The translations under genes and the position numbers were made by a program. Source: Candidatus Zipacnadia bacterium (GTDB lineage Bacteria > Armatimonadota > Zipacnadia > Zipacnadales > UBA5352). From it: DNA of 46,530 nt. The DNA is taken from assembly GCA_029821265.1 (NCBI GenBank), contig JALGTR010000001.1, forward strand, positions 1 to 46,530, read 5' to 3'. The notes under the pieces are model-generated. The model was not told where the DNA came from, ran no database searches, and saw only the letters and a list, made by a program, of their open reading frames with translations. Shown piece by piece: positions 19,396 through 26,986 of the stretch (its first letter is position 1; each line of letters begins with the position of its first letter).

Positions 19396-20682
19396 TTACC
19401 TTCTGTCGATTACGCGGACGGCCTTTCCGTCGCTGACCGGAAGCTCACCCGGTTCATGCAGCTGGACATCGACGCCTATGTCAAGCTCGGTGTGCAGACG
19501 CCGGCAGATGCGCTCGCGGAGCGCGTTCAGCGCGCGCATATCGTCGGTGAAGACCTCGGGCGAAAGCTCGACCGCGACGGTCATGCGGTCGAGATCCGCC
19601 GGACGGTCTATGGTGATCAGGTAGTTGCTGCCCACCTCGTCGATGTCCAGCAGCGCGCGTTCCACCTGGATCGGGTAGACGTTGACGCCCCTGACGACAA
19701 GCATGTCATCGGTGCGGCCCTCGATGCGCGAGATGCGCACATGCTCGCTGCCGCACGGACAGACGCCATCGATGACGTGGGCGATGTCCCGAGTGCGGTA
19801 ACGGATCAGCGGCATGGCCTCACGCCGGAGAGTCGTCAGCACCACCTCGCCGGGTTCGCCGGGGGGGACGGGCTCGAGCGTATCGGGGTCGAGGATCTCC
19901 AGCAGGTAGTGATCCTCGCGCACATGCAGCCCATGTTGCTCGACGCACTCCATGGCGACGCCCGGACCGCACATCTCCGAGAGCCCGTAGCAGTTGTACA
20001 CCTTCGCCCCGAAGCCCTCCTCGATGCGCCGGCGGAGCTGCTCGCTGTGGGGCTCGCCTCCGACAAAGATCACCCGGACGCTCAGATCCTCGCGCGGATC
20101 GATTCCCTGCTGCTCGCACACGTGCAGCACGCGGAGGGCGTAGCTCGGGATGATATGCAGGACCGTCGAGCCAAAGTTACGCATGAGATGGATCTGCCGC
20201 TCGGTGTTGCCCGAGCTGGCAGGGATCGTCATGCAGCCAATCAGCTCCGACGCGTAGTGAAAGCCGAGCCCCCCGGTGAAGAGCCCGTAGCCCATCATGT
20301 TCTGGAAGACATCGTTCTCGGTGACGCCTGCCGCGAGCATCCCCCTCGCGACAACCTGCGACCAGCGATAGAGGTCATCGCGCGTGTGATAGACGGCGGT
20401 GGCGAGGCCTGTGGTGCCGGACGAGTAGTGCATCCGGACGACCTCGGACTTCGGCACGGCGAGGAAGCCCTCAGGCTGCCCCTCGCGGAGCTGCTGCTTG
20501 GTCGTCAGCGGGAGGTTGCGAACGTCTTCAGGGCTGCGAATGTCGGCTGTGGACACGCCCGCGAGGCGATCCGCGTAGGCTGGAGCGCCACGAGCCCGTT
20601 CAACGGTCTCGCGCAGCAGGCGAGTCTGCATCTGCGTGATCTCGTCGCGTGTGAGGTCCACGGCCTCGTCGGAGTACCGCAT
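19396..20682 (-). CDS. paaK: Phenylacetate-CoA ligase family (PaaK-like), copy 2
   Basis: 428 aa. Carries the same motif set as copy 1 ([55 protein letters not shown]) but is clearly diverged from it. Confidence 0.9.
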   Translation of the reverse strand: MRYSDEAVDLTRDEITQMQTRLLRETVERARGAPAYADRLAGVSTADIRSPEDVRNLPLTTKQQLREGQPEGFLAVPKSEVVRMHYSSGTTGLATAVYHTRDDLYRWSQVVARGMLAAGVTENDVFQNMMGYGLFTGGLGFHYASELIGCMTIPASSGNTERQIHLMRNFGSTVLHIIPSYALRVLHVCEQQGIDPREDLSVRVIFVGGEPHSEQLRRRIEEGFGAKVYNCYGLSEMCGPGVAMECVEQHGLHVREDHYLLEILDPDTLEPVPPGEPGEVVLTTLRREAMPLIRYRTRDIAHVIDGVCPCGSEHVRISRIEGRTDDMLVVRGVNVYPIQVERALLDIDEVGSNYLITIDRPADLDRMTVAVELSPEVFTDDMRALNALRERICRRLHTELDIGVDVQLHEPGELPVSDGKAVRVIDRR

Positions 20683-20856
20683 GATATGTGCCTTCCGTCA
20701 TGGATTATGCGTGGGCAAAACGCCGCGTTTGGAGGTTGCACTTTCGCCCCACGGGCGCCAGAGACCTTCCCCGGCCGAATGGCGCAGAGGTCGGGCTGCG
20801 GTCGGCCGGGAAGCCACCGGTCACCTTCAACCGCAAGCCCGGGGGAGGCGACGTCG

Positions 20857-21144
20857 ATGATATACCGCGAACGGATCCTCGCCGCGATCCGCGGGAGAGC
20901 CGTCGATCGTGTTCCCTGGATGCCGCGGCTCGACCGGTGGTACAACGCTAACACCGCCCGCGGCACGCTGCGTCCTCCCGCATTTCGTGCAGGCCTCATG
21001 GGGCGCGCGGCGAACAGGGCCCCGGCGATGAACGGCATGCACAAGGGATTGGGACCGCGATGGTCGAGAGGTTCACCATCAGCCGCGATGACACCACCTA
21101 CGAGTGCTTCCCGGACGTCTGCCGCACCGACACCGGCCGGCTGA
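20857..21144 (+). pseudogene. Stub of a URO-D (uroporphyrinogen decarboxylase-like) family gene: N-terminal ~35-40 aa only
   Basis: GGAGG lies 8 nt upstream of ATG 20857. The translation MIYRERILAAIRGRAVDRVPWMPRLDRWYNANTARGTL parallels the N-terminus of the intact URO-D-like gene at 45169 (MTSRQRVWAAITHQPVDRVPCDIW). After that it becomes low-complexity and overlaps the next gene. Confidence 0.3.
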
Positions 21145-22091
21145 TCATCACCTACCGGGAGAGCGACAGCCACGCCGGTGACAAGTACACCCATCTGCTC
21201 TATCGCGTGAGCGACGACGGTGGGCGTACGTGGTCGGACAGACGCTACGTGGCACGGTCGGAGATCGAACATGGCGTGCTGTTTAAGTGGAACTGCCCGC
21301 GCATCAGCCAGCTCCGCGACGGTCGTATCCTGCTCATCTGCGACGGCTTCGACCGCCGGCCCGGAGACGTGGACTCAAGGCGCGAATCAACGACGTGGGT
21401 CTGGGTGAGCATCGACGACGGCGAGAGCTTCTCGGGCCCCGAGGACACAGGGATCCCCGGCATCGTGCCCGATCAGGTCGTCGAGCTTGCCTCGGGCCGG
21501 CTGCTGATCGCGACCCACGAGCGGCTGGCAATGCGGCCGGAGATCTACCACCAGATGGTGCATCTCTCCGACGACGGCGGTCAGACGTGGCGTCGGGTCA
21601 CAGTCTGCTGCACGGACCATTACGATGCCTGTGAGGCCAGTATCGTGCAGCTGCCGGGCGGCGAGCTGGTCTGCTACATGCGCGATAACTCCCGCACCGG
21701 CCGGCCGGGCCCGAAGTGCCTCTCCCTCGACGAGGGGGAGAGCTGGCTGGGACCATTCGACACGATCATGAACGGGTGCCACCGACCTGTCGCGGGCCTC
21801 ACCGAGGGCGGAAACGTCCTGGTGCTCTACCGCCATCAGCCGGGTGGTCGCCCGTTCGCGAAGAACCTTTTCGCCTATCGTGAGAGCGTCGAATCGGCGC
21901 TCGAACCGTTGCGCTCGGAGCAGACGGGCATCATCCTGCCGCTCGACCACGACCGGAGCGCGCACTCAGACTCGTCGTACACGGGCTGGGTCGAGTTGCA
22001 GGCCGGTCGGTTCTTCGCCGTGAACTACATTAACGACGACGCGCCGATGGCGCAGATCCGCGGCTACTATTTCACCGATGACGAGTTCTGA
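21060..22091 (+). CDS. BNR/Asp-box repeat protein, sialidase-like beta-propeller fold; no signal peptide
   Basis: 343 aa with four Asp-boxes (SxDxGxTW): SDDGGRTW, SIDDGESF, SDDGGQTW, SLDEGESW. The N-terminus MVERFTISRDD is not hydrophobic. Confidence 0.8.
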   Translation: MVERFTISRDDTTYECFPDVCRTDTGRLIITYRESDSHAGDKYTHLLYRVSDDGGRTWSDRRYVARSEIEHGVLFKWNCPRISQLRDGRILLICDGFDRRPGDVDSRRESTTWVWVSIDDGESFSGPEDTGIPGIVPDQVVELASGRLLIATHERLAMRPEIYHQMVHLSDDGGQTWRRVTVCCTDHYDACEASIVQLPGGELVCYMRDNSRTGRPGPKCLSLDEGESWLGPFDTIMNGCHRPVAGLTEGGNVLVLYRHQPGGRPFAKNLFAYRESVESALEPLRSEQTGIILPLDHDRSAHSDSSYTGWVELQAGRFFAVNYINDDAPMAQIRGYYFTDDEF

Positions 22092-22138
22092 CCCGCGTGT
22101 CTGCAACCGCGCTGCCGACGTCGAGGAGGATGACACGA

Positions 22139-23668
22139 ATGATCCGCTTCCATGCATCCGCTGAAAACATCGACGGTCATCTGCACGCGCTCTGCCGCGA
22201 CATAGGCAACCGCCTCGGGGCGAGCGAGAACGAGCTTCGGGCGGCGGAGTACGTCGCGGAGCAGATGCGGCGGATCGGGCTGCACAACGTTACGCTCGAG
22301 CGCTTCCCATTCGCGCTGTGGGGCTACGAGACTGCGCGTGTTGACGTGCTGGGCGAGAGCCAGCGATCGCTGGAGGCGATCCCCGTGGCCAACTCCCCCG
22401 CAACCCCCGAAGAGGGGCTGGAGGCGGAGGTGGTCTACGTCGATAACGCCACGGCGGGCGATCTGGCGATGCACGAAATCGACGGCAGAATCCTGCTGAT
22501 ATGGGGCCTGTACGGAGAGGACAGGGAGAAGCTGCAGATGCTCCAGCGCTCGGAGGCGGCTGGCGTGATCTGGGTGGACGAACGGCTTCCCTTCGAGTGG
22601 CCGGTCTCCGTGGGGACGCCCTACGCCTGGCGCGACATCCTGCGCAAGCCGCAGCTGGTAGTCTCCTACTGGGACGCGCTGGAGCTGGCGAAGCAATCCG
22701 GGGCGCGGGTGCGGATGTTCTCGGACGCCTGGTCCGAGCAGCGCGAGTCGGTGAACGTCTACGGAGAGCTGCCGGGCGGCAACGACGAGATGGTGCACGT
22801 CGGTGCGCACATCGACAGCGTGATCGTCGGGACGGGCGCGGAGGACGATGCTTCCGGCGTGGCGGCGATGCTGGAGGCTGCGCGGATGCTGGTGGAGCTG
22901 AGCAAAGTGCCCGAGCGGACGATCCGGTTCTGCGGCTTCGGGGCCGAGGAGCAGCTTTCGGAGGGTGCGCGCCAGTATGTCGAGTCGCATCCCGACGAGG
23001 TTGGGCGCACCCGGCTGATGATCAACCTCGACTCGGTCGCCGCGATCACCGGGCGCAATCAGATCCGCGTGGTTGGTCCGCCGCAGCTAACGGAGCTTGC
23101 GCAGTCGCTGGTGCGCCCGCGCCATGAGCCGCTGCACGAGCCGCTATCGGAGGCCGCGGGCGTCCCTGCCGAGGGCGAGGATCGCGGCCGCTACGTCCGC
23201 GGCGGAGATGTGCATCGGCCGGAGGCGGCGGGACCGGGCGCGACGAGCGGGGTCTCGGCCGGAACAGCATCGACGGACCGCGGCTCCATCGCACGCGGGG
23301 CGGAGTTCGCGCGGCCGGGCGAGGTCGGTCCCTCGCCCCGCACCGGACATGGCCGGCTGCCGATCATCACCGGTGAGGTCCTCGAGGAGGTCTCCCCGTA
23401 TTCGGACATGTTCCCATTCAACACGCAGGGGGTTCCATCTGTCTGGCTTCACCGCATGAATCAGGCGGGGACGCGTTACTTCCATCACTCGCACCTCGAC
23501 GACCTTGAGTCGGTCTCATCGGATGTCATCGCGGTGCATGCGAACGCCACCGCTCACATTGCGCACCTCGTGGCCTTCTCCGAGCCGCCCTTCGCCCGCA
23601 CCATCCCGGAAGCCCAGATCTTGGAGGTGCGGAAGAAGGCGGCGACGTTCTTCGGCGAGAGCGAATGA
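22139..23668 (+). CDS. M28-family metallopeptidase (aminopeptidase-like) with a ~75-aa low-complexity insertion
   Basis: Zinc-ligand blocks are VHVGAHIDSV, GAEDDASGVAAMLEAAR, FCGFGAEEQ, INLDSV and YFHHSHLDDL. GAGGAGG precedes ATG 22130/22139; the ORF-track GTG 22097 is probably too far upstream. Confidence 0.8.
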   Translation: MIRFHASAENIDGHLHALCRDIGNRLGASENELRAAEYVAEQMRRIGLHNVTLERFPFALWGYETARVDVLGESQRSLEAIPVANSPATPEEGLEAEVVYVDNATAGDLAMHEIDGRILLIWGLYGEDREKLQMLQRSEAAGVIWVDERLPFEWPVSVGTPYAWRDILRKPQLVVSYWDALELAKQSGARVRMFSDAWSEQRESVNVYGELPGGNDEMVHVGAHIDSVIVGTGAEDDASGVAAMLEAARMLVELSKVPERTIRFCGFGAEEQLSEGARQYVESHPDEVGRTRLMINLDSVAAITGRNQIRVVGPPQLTELAQSLVRPRHEPLHEPLSEAAGVPAEGEDRGRYVRGGDVHRPEAAGPGATSGVSAGTASTDRGSIARGAEFARPGEVGPSPRTGHGRLPIITGEVLEEVSPYSDMFPFNTQGVPSVWLHRMNQAGTRYFHHSHLDDLESVSSDVIAVHANATAHIAHLVAFSEPPFARTIPEAQILEVRKKAATFFGESE

Positions 23669-23682
23669 GGCGCGAGGCCAGC

Positions 23683-25710
23683 TCACGGCCAGGGGAAGAA
23701 CGGGGCCGGGGTGCGGAAGATGCCCGAGATTGTCGCCCAGATGACCGCCTGGGAGAACTCGCCGAGGATGAGGCCGAAGAAGAACGGTCGCAGCCGCAGA
23801 TATAGGTTCATGCCACCATAGCGGGCGATCGCAGATTTGATGATCCAGGCGATCAGCATCGGGAACCAGAAGACGATCATGCTCCAGGAGCCTGAGAGCG
23901 CGAAACCAAGCGGTGACAGCGGCCACCAGACGTGTCGCATCCGCATCACGCTGAGCAGCAGCGTTACGATGACCCCCGACGCAAAGAAGGCCAGAAGTCG
24001 CGGATCATACTCATCGCCTGACTGGAGGATCGGCGCGTAGTAGCGGATCCCGAGCAGGGGGTTGCCGCGATAGACGTAGCTGTACATGCCGATCGCCCCG
24101 TGCTCATAGGGCAGCCGCAGGTGGAGCCATCCCCCGAAGCCCAGTGTCACCCCAAGCGCCAGTGCGAGCGCCCCGAACAGGTGTCGGCGGTCGAGACCGG
24201 TCTGGTCGGACATCTTCAGCGCGTCGAGCAACGTTGAGAGCAGGTTGCCGCGCAGATCGCGCGTGAAGACCGCATCTGCCAGCGAGAGCGCGGCGAGGTT
24301 CTTCGGCGGAAGCGAGCGCATCGGCGTGACCAGGCGCACGAGGTCGGCCGGCCGGAAGCTCGTCTCGGTCATCAGCAGCCCCGCCTCGGCCACCGATCGT
24401 GCCATCACGACGCACACCACGAAGAGGAAGACGATCGTCTCGAGCGCGGCCATCCACCACGACATCCCCAGCAGCGTGAACCAGTATGTCGCGACCAGGG
24501 CCGCAACGCCCAGGCCGATCAGCTCCACCCGAGGCGGCAGCGCCGGCCGCGCCCCCTCGCCGGAGGCCGGCTGCTCTTTCCCCCGCACGGCCGCCTGCCA
24601 CAGCGACGAGAGGTGCGGCCTGGCGGAGCGGACGAGGTACCCTGTCAGCACGAGGTAGGCGCCCGCCACCTGGTAGCCGTTCCATATCGTCGTCGGGTAC
24701 AGCGGCATCGCCTCGAAGCTGGCTCCGAAGGCCGAGAAGACAATATTCTGCAGGCGGATGATGACGAAGAACGCCCACAACGAGAACAGCACCTGCGCGG
24801 GCAGGAAGTAGCTGAAGCCCACGGCGGCCATCGAGCAGTAGGCGGTCGTCGTCCCGAGGTCCCGCCAGGGCCGCCCCATCGGCGCGAAGACGAGCTGGTT
24901 GAGGCGATACTGGACGGGGATCTGCGGAATCGACGGTCGCAGCAGGTGAATGCCGTTGAGCGTGAAGACCAGCGTGGGGAGCGCGAAGCCGATCCACATG
25001 ACGGGGTCGGCGAAGATCGAGCGCGACCAGCGAAAATGCTCAGCAAGCTCGACAGGGAGGACCGTCAGCGGGAAGGCGAGCTTCTCGTTGTCCACCCACT
25101 GTCGGCGAATGATCGAGGCGAGGCAGAAGTACGCGATAAGCAGCGCCAACACCGCCGGAAGCCACGCGGCAAGCGCCTGCAGCCACGGACGCCAGGGGAG
25201 ATCACCCGCGCGCAGCCCCTCGTAGAAGGAGCGCGCGATCCACTGGTTTGCATCACCCTCGACATCGAACGGCACCGCCCACTGCGGGATGTGCTCGAAC
25301 AAGAGCTGCGCCCAGTCGTTCGCGGGGGTGGCGTAGTAGTTGACGCAGATAAGGGCGGGGATCCAGCGCTCCAGCAGCCCCCGACTCATCGTCAGGGCTC
25401 CGACCAGCGTCATCCCGTAGACTGCGACAACCTCGTGGGCGCGGAGGGCGAACCGAGGAGCGATCGCACCGAGGGCGAGGTTGCCGATAACCACTGCGAG
25501 GAGCAGCCCGACGGCTGCCGGGGCGAACTGGAGAATGCCGATCTGGATCGTCCCGACGGTCATCTCAGCCCAGGAGACCAGCCAGCAGGCCGCCGCCGCG
25601 CAGACGGCACCGAGAACGAGCGCGCGAAGCGTGACCGGTCGGCGTGATATGGCGACCACTCCCGGGGGTGGACTGCGCACTGCGAGTGGGCTTCGCCGGG
25701 AGGCGGGCAA
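23683..25710 (-). CDS. Large polytopic integral membrane protein, function unknown
   Basis: 675-aa ORF with many hydrophobic helices along its whole length (for example LVLGAVCAAAACWLV, AAWLPAVLALLIAYFCLASII, MIVFWFPMLIAWIIK). I recognise no catalytic or transporter motif. The start is uncertain: TTG 25710 per the track, and the first in-frame ATG would remove a helix. It lies 58 nt downstream of the REC-ATPase gene. Confidence 0.75.
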   Translation of the reverse strand: MPASRRSPLAVRSPPPGVVAISRRPVTLRALVLGAVCAAAACWLVSWAEMTVGTIQIGILQFAPAAVGLLLAVVIGNLALGAIAPRFALRAHEVVAVYGMTLVGALTMSRGLLERWIPALICVNYYATPANDWAQLLFEHIPQWAVPFDVEGDANQWIARSFYEGLRAGDLPWRPWLQALAAWLPAVLALLIAYFCLASIIRRQWVDNEKLAFPLTVLPVELAEHFRWSRSIFADPVMWIGFALPTLVFTLNGIHLLRPSIPQIPVQYRLNQLVFAPMGRPWRDLGTTTAYCSMAAVGFSYFLPAQVLFSLWAFFVIIRLQNIVFSAFGASFEAMPLYPTTIWNGYQVAGAYLVLTGYLVRSARPHLSSLWQAAVRGKEQPASGEGARPALPPRVELIGLGVAALVATYWFTLLGMSWWMAALETIVFLFVVCVVMARSVAEAGLLMTETSFRPADLVRLVTPMRSLPPKNLAALSLADAVFTRDLRGNLLSTLLDALKMSDQTGLDRRHLFGALALALGVTLGFGGWLHLRLPYEHGAIGMYSYVYRGNPLLGIRYYAPILQSGDEYDPRLLAFFASGVIVTLLLSVMRMRHVWWPLSPLGFALSGSWSMIVFWFPMLIAWIIKSAIARYGGMNLYLRLRPFFFGLILGEFSQAVIWATISGIFRTPAPFFPWP

Positions 25711-25767
25711 TCCCTTCCGACGCTGATGTCAGCGCAGACGGCGCTGGGCCTGCCGGCTGCGAGAGTG

Positions 25768-26949
25768 CTACCAGACGCTGGGGGTGCCGACCTGCTCCGC
25801 CGCGAGGTCCTCGGCGATTTCGGCGACGCTGACCGCGAAGACCGAGTCAGGCTGCGCGAGAACCGCGGGCTGCTTACGCTGCTGCGCCACCGCGCAGGCC
25901 TCGGTCGCAGGGGGCACCACGCCAACGATCGGCAGCCCAAGCTCCTCGGACAGCTCGCTCACCCGGGGCATGACCGGACGTGCGACGCGGTTGACAGCGA
26001 TCGCGCCTGCGACCTGTCCGCCGGCGCCCGATGTCCTGAGAACGTCGAGCGTCACATGCGTCGAGCGGATGGCCGCCGGTTCGGGCTCGGTCACGATAAA
26101 GATGCGCCAGACGCGTCGCAACGCCTCGAGCTGTCCTTCGCTGGGCCCCGCCTGGATATCTATGATCGCGAGATCGCTGATCTCCGCAAGCGCGTCGGTG
26201 AGCGCGCCCGCGACGTCCGGCTCAAGCTCGAACTCCTGGCTGGCCTCCTGCGGCCCAAGAAGCACGTTCAGGCCAAAGGACGTCTTCGCCAGCCGCGAAC
26301 GCACCTGCTGCGGCGTGATGCGCGCGGCGCCAAGCTCAGCGAGATGGCTTACGTTCTCGGTGGGGATACGAGGAAGCAGAGACGAGAACGTTCCGAACCG
26401 ACCGCGCAGTTCGGCAGCGACCACCGAGCCACCTCTCGCCGCGAGAGCAGCGCCAAGATTAACGGCGAGCGTGGTCGTTCCGACGCCGCCCTTCGCGCCC
26501 ACGAGCGCGATGACTCCGTTCTCGCCGGATCGGCGTAGCTCGCTCAGTTCGCGGACGAAGGCCCGGTGTCGTTCGATCGCGTATCGGAGGGAGCGAAGCA
26601 GCGAGCCACCCGAGATCTGCCTTTTCACGAGGTAGTCCTGCGCGCCATCCTGGACCGCCTGAATCGCGACCTCCTCGTCATCGAGGCCGCTGAGGACCAC
26701 GATGGGGGTGTCCTCGTACCGCCGGCAGACGCGCTGGAAGGTGTCAAGGCCCCGGCTTTCGGGGAGGCCGAGGTCGAGCACGATGACGTCAAAGTCCTGG
26801 CCATCCGGAAGCTCCAAGGCTTCGGTGAGCGTTCTAACGTGCGTCATCTCCACCCTTATGCCGCCTGCGTCGTTGAGCATCTCGCGCAAAAGGCGCGCGT
26901 CGCCGGGATTGTCTTCGACCAGAAGCATGCTGATATGCTCGTGCTGCAT
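25768..26949 (-). CDS. Response-regulator receiver domain fused to a MinD/ParA-superfamily (CpaE/TadZ-like) ATPase
   Basis: Start is MQHEHISMLLVEDNPGD at ATG 26949. The REC residues are canonical: ED, phospho-acceptor in VIVLDLGLP, VVLSG, DYLVK. The ATPase P-loop is ALVGAKGGVGTTTLAVNLG, a deviant Walker A with Thr where MinD/ParA carry the second Lys. Confidence 0.85.
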   Translation of the reverse strand: MQHEHISMLLVEDNPGDARLLREMLNDAGGIRVEMTHVRTLTEALELPDGQDFDVIVLDLGLPESRGLDTFQRVCRRYEDTPIVVLSGLDDEEVAIQAVQDGAQDYLVKRQISGGSLLRSLRYAIERHRAFVRELSELRRSGENGVIALVGAKGGVGTTTLAVNLGAALAARGGSVVAAELRGRFGTFSSLLPRIPTENVSHLAELGAARITPQQVRSRLAKTSFGLNVLLGPQEASQEFELEPDVAGALTDALAEISDLAIIDIQAGPSEGQLEALRRVWRIFIVTEPEPAAIRSTHVTLDVLRTSGAGGQVAGAIAVNRVARPVMPRVSELSEELGLPIVGVVPPATEACAVAQQRKQPAVLAQPDSVFAVSVAEIAEDLAAEQVGTPSVW

Positions 26950-26986
26950 CTGAATGCCACCCTCTCCGCCAGTTAGCCGCCGCGGT

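Noticed and set aside
8021-21144. Other long shadow ORFs: 8021..9376(+), 9399..10487(+), 10318..11295(+), 11551..13440(-), 13736..15061(-), 17736..19058(+), 19300..21144(+)
   Set aside because: Each lies opposite a gene with strong family motifs (ahcY, GHMP kinase, rfbD, relA, degT, iorA, paaK), and none has recognisable motifs of its own. Only the last ~95 codons of 19300..21144 are discussed separately, as the URO-D stub.
24104-25647. ORFs 24104..24997(-), 24613..25647(+) and similar inside the large membrane-protein gene; also 27641..28534(+), 30302..31204(+), 41335..42447(-), 41757..42449(+), 44183..45319(+), 45304..46065(+)
   Set aside because: These are alternative-frame or antisense ORFs with Arg/Pro/Gly-rich composition. 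They overlap genes whose frames show clear TM periodicity or enzyme motifs.
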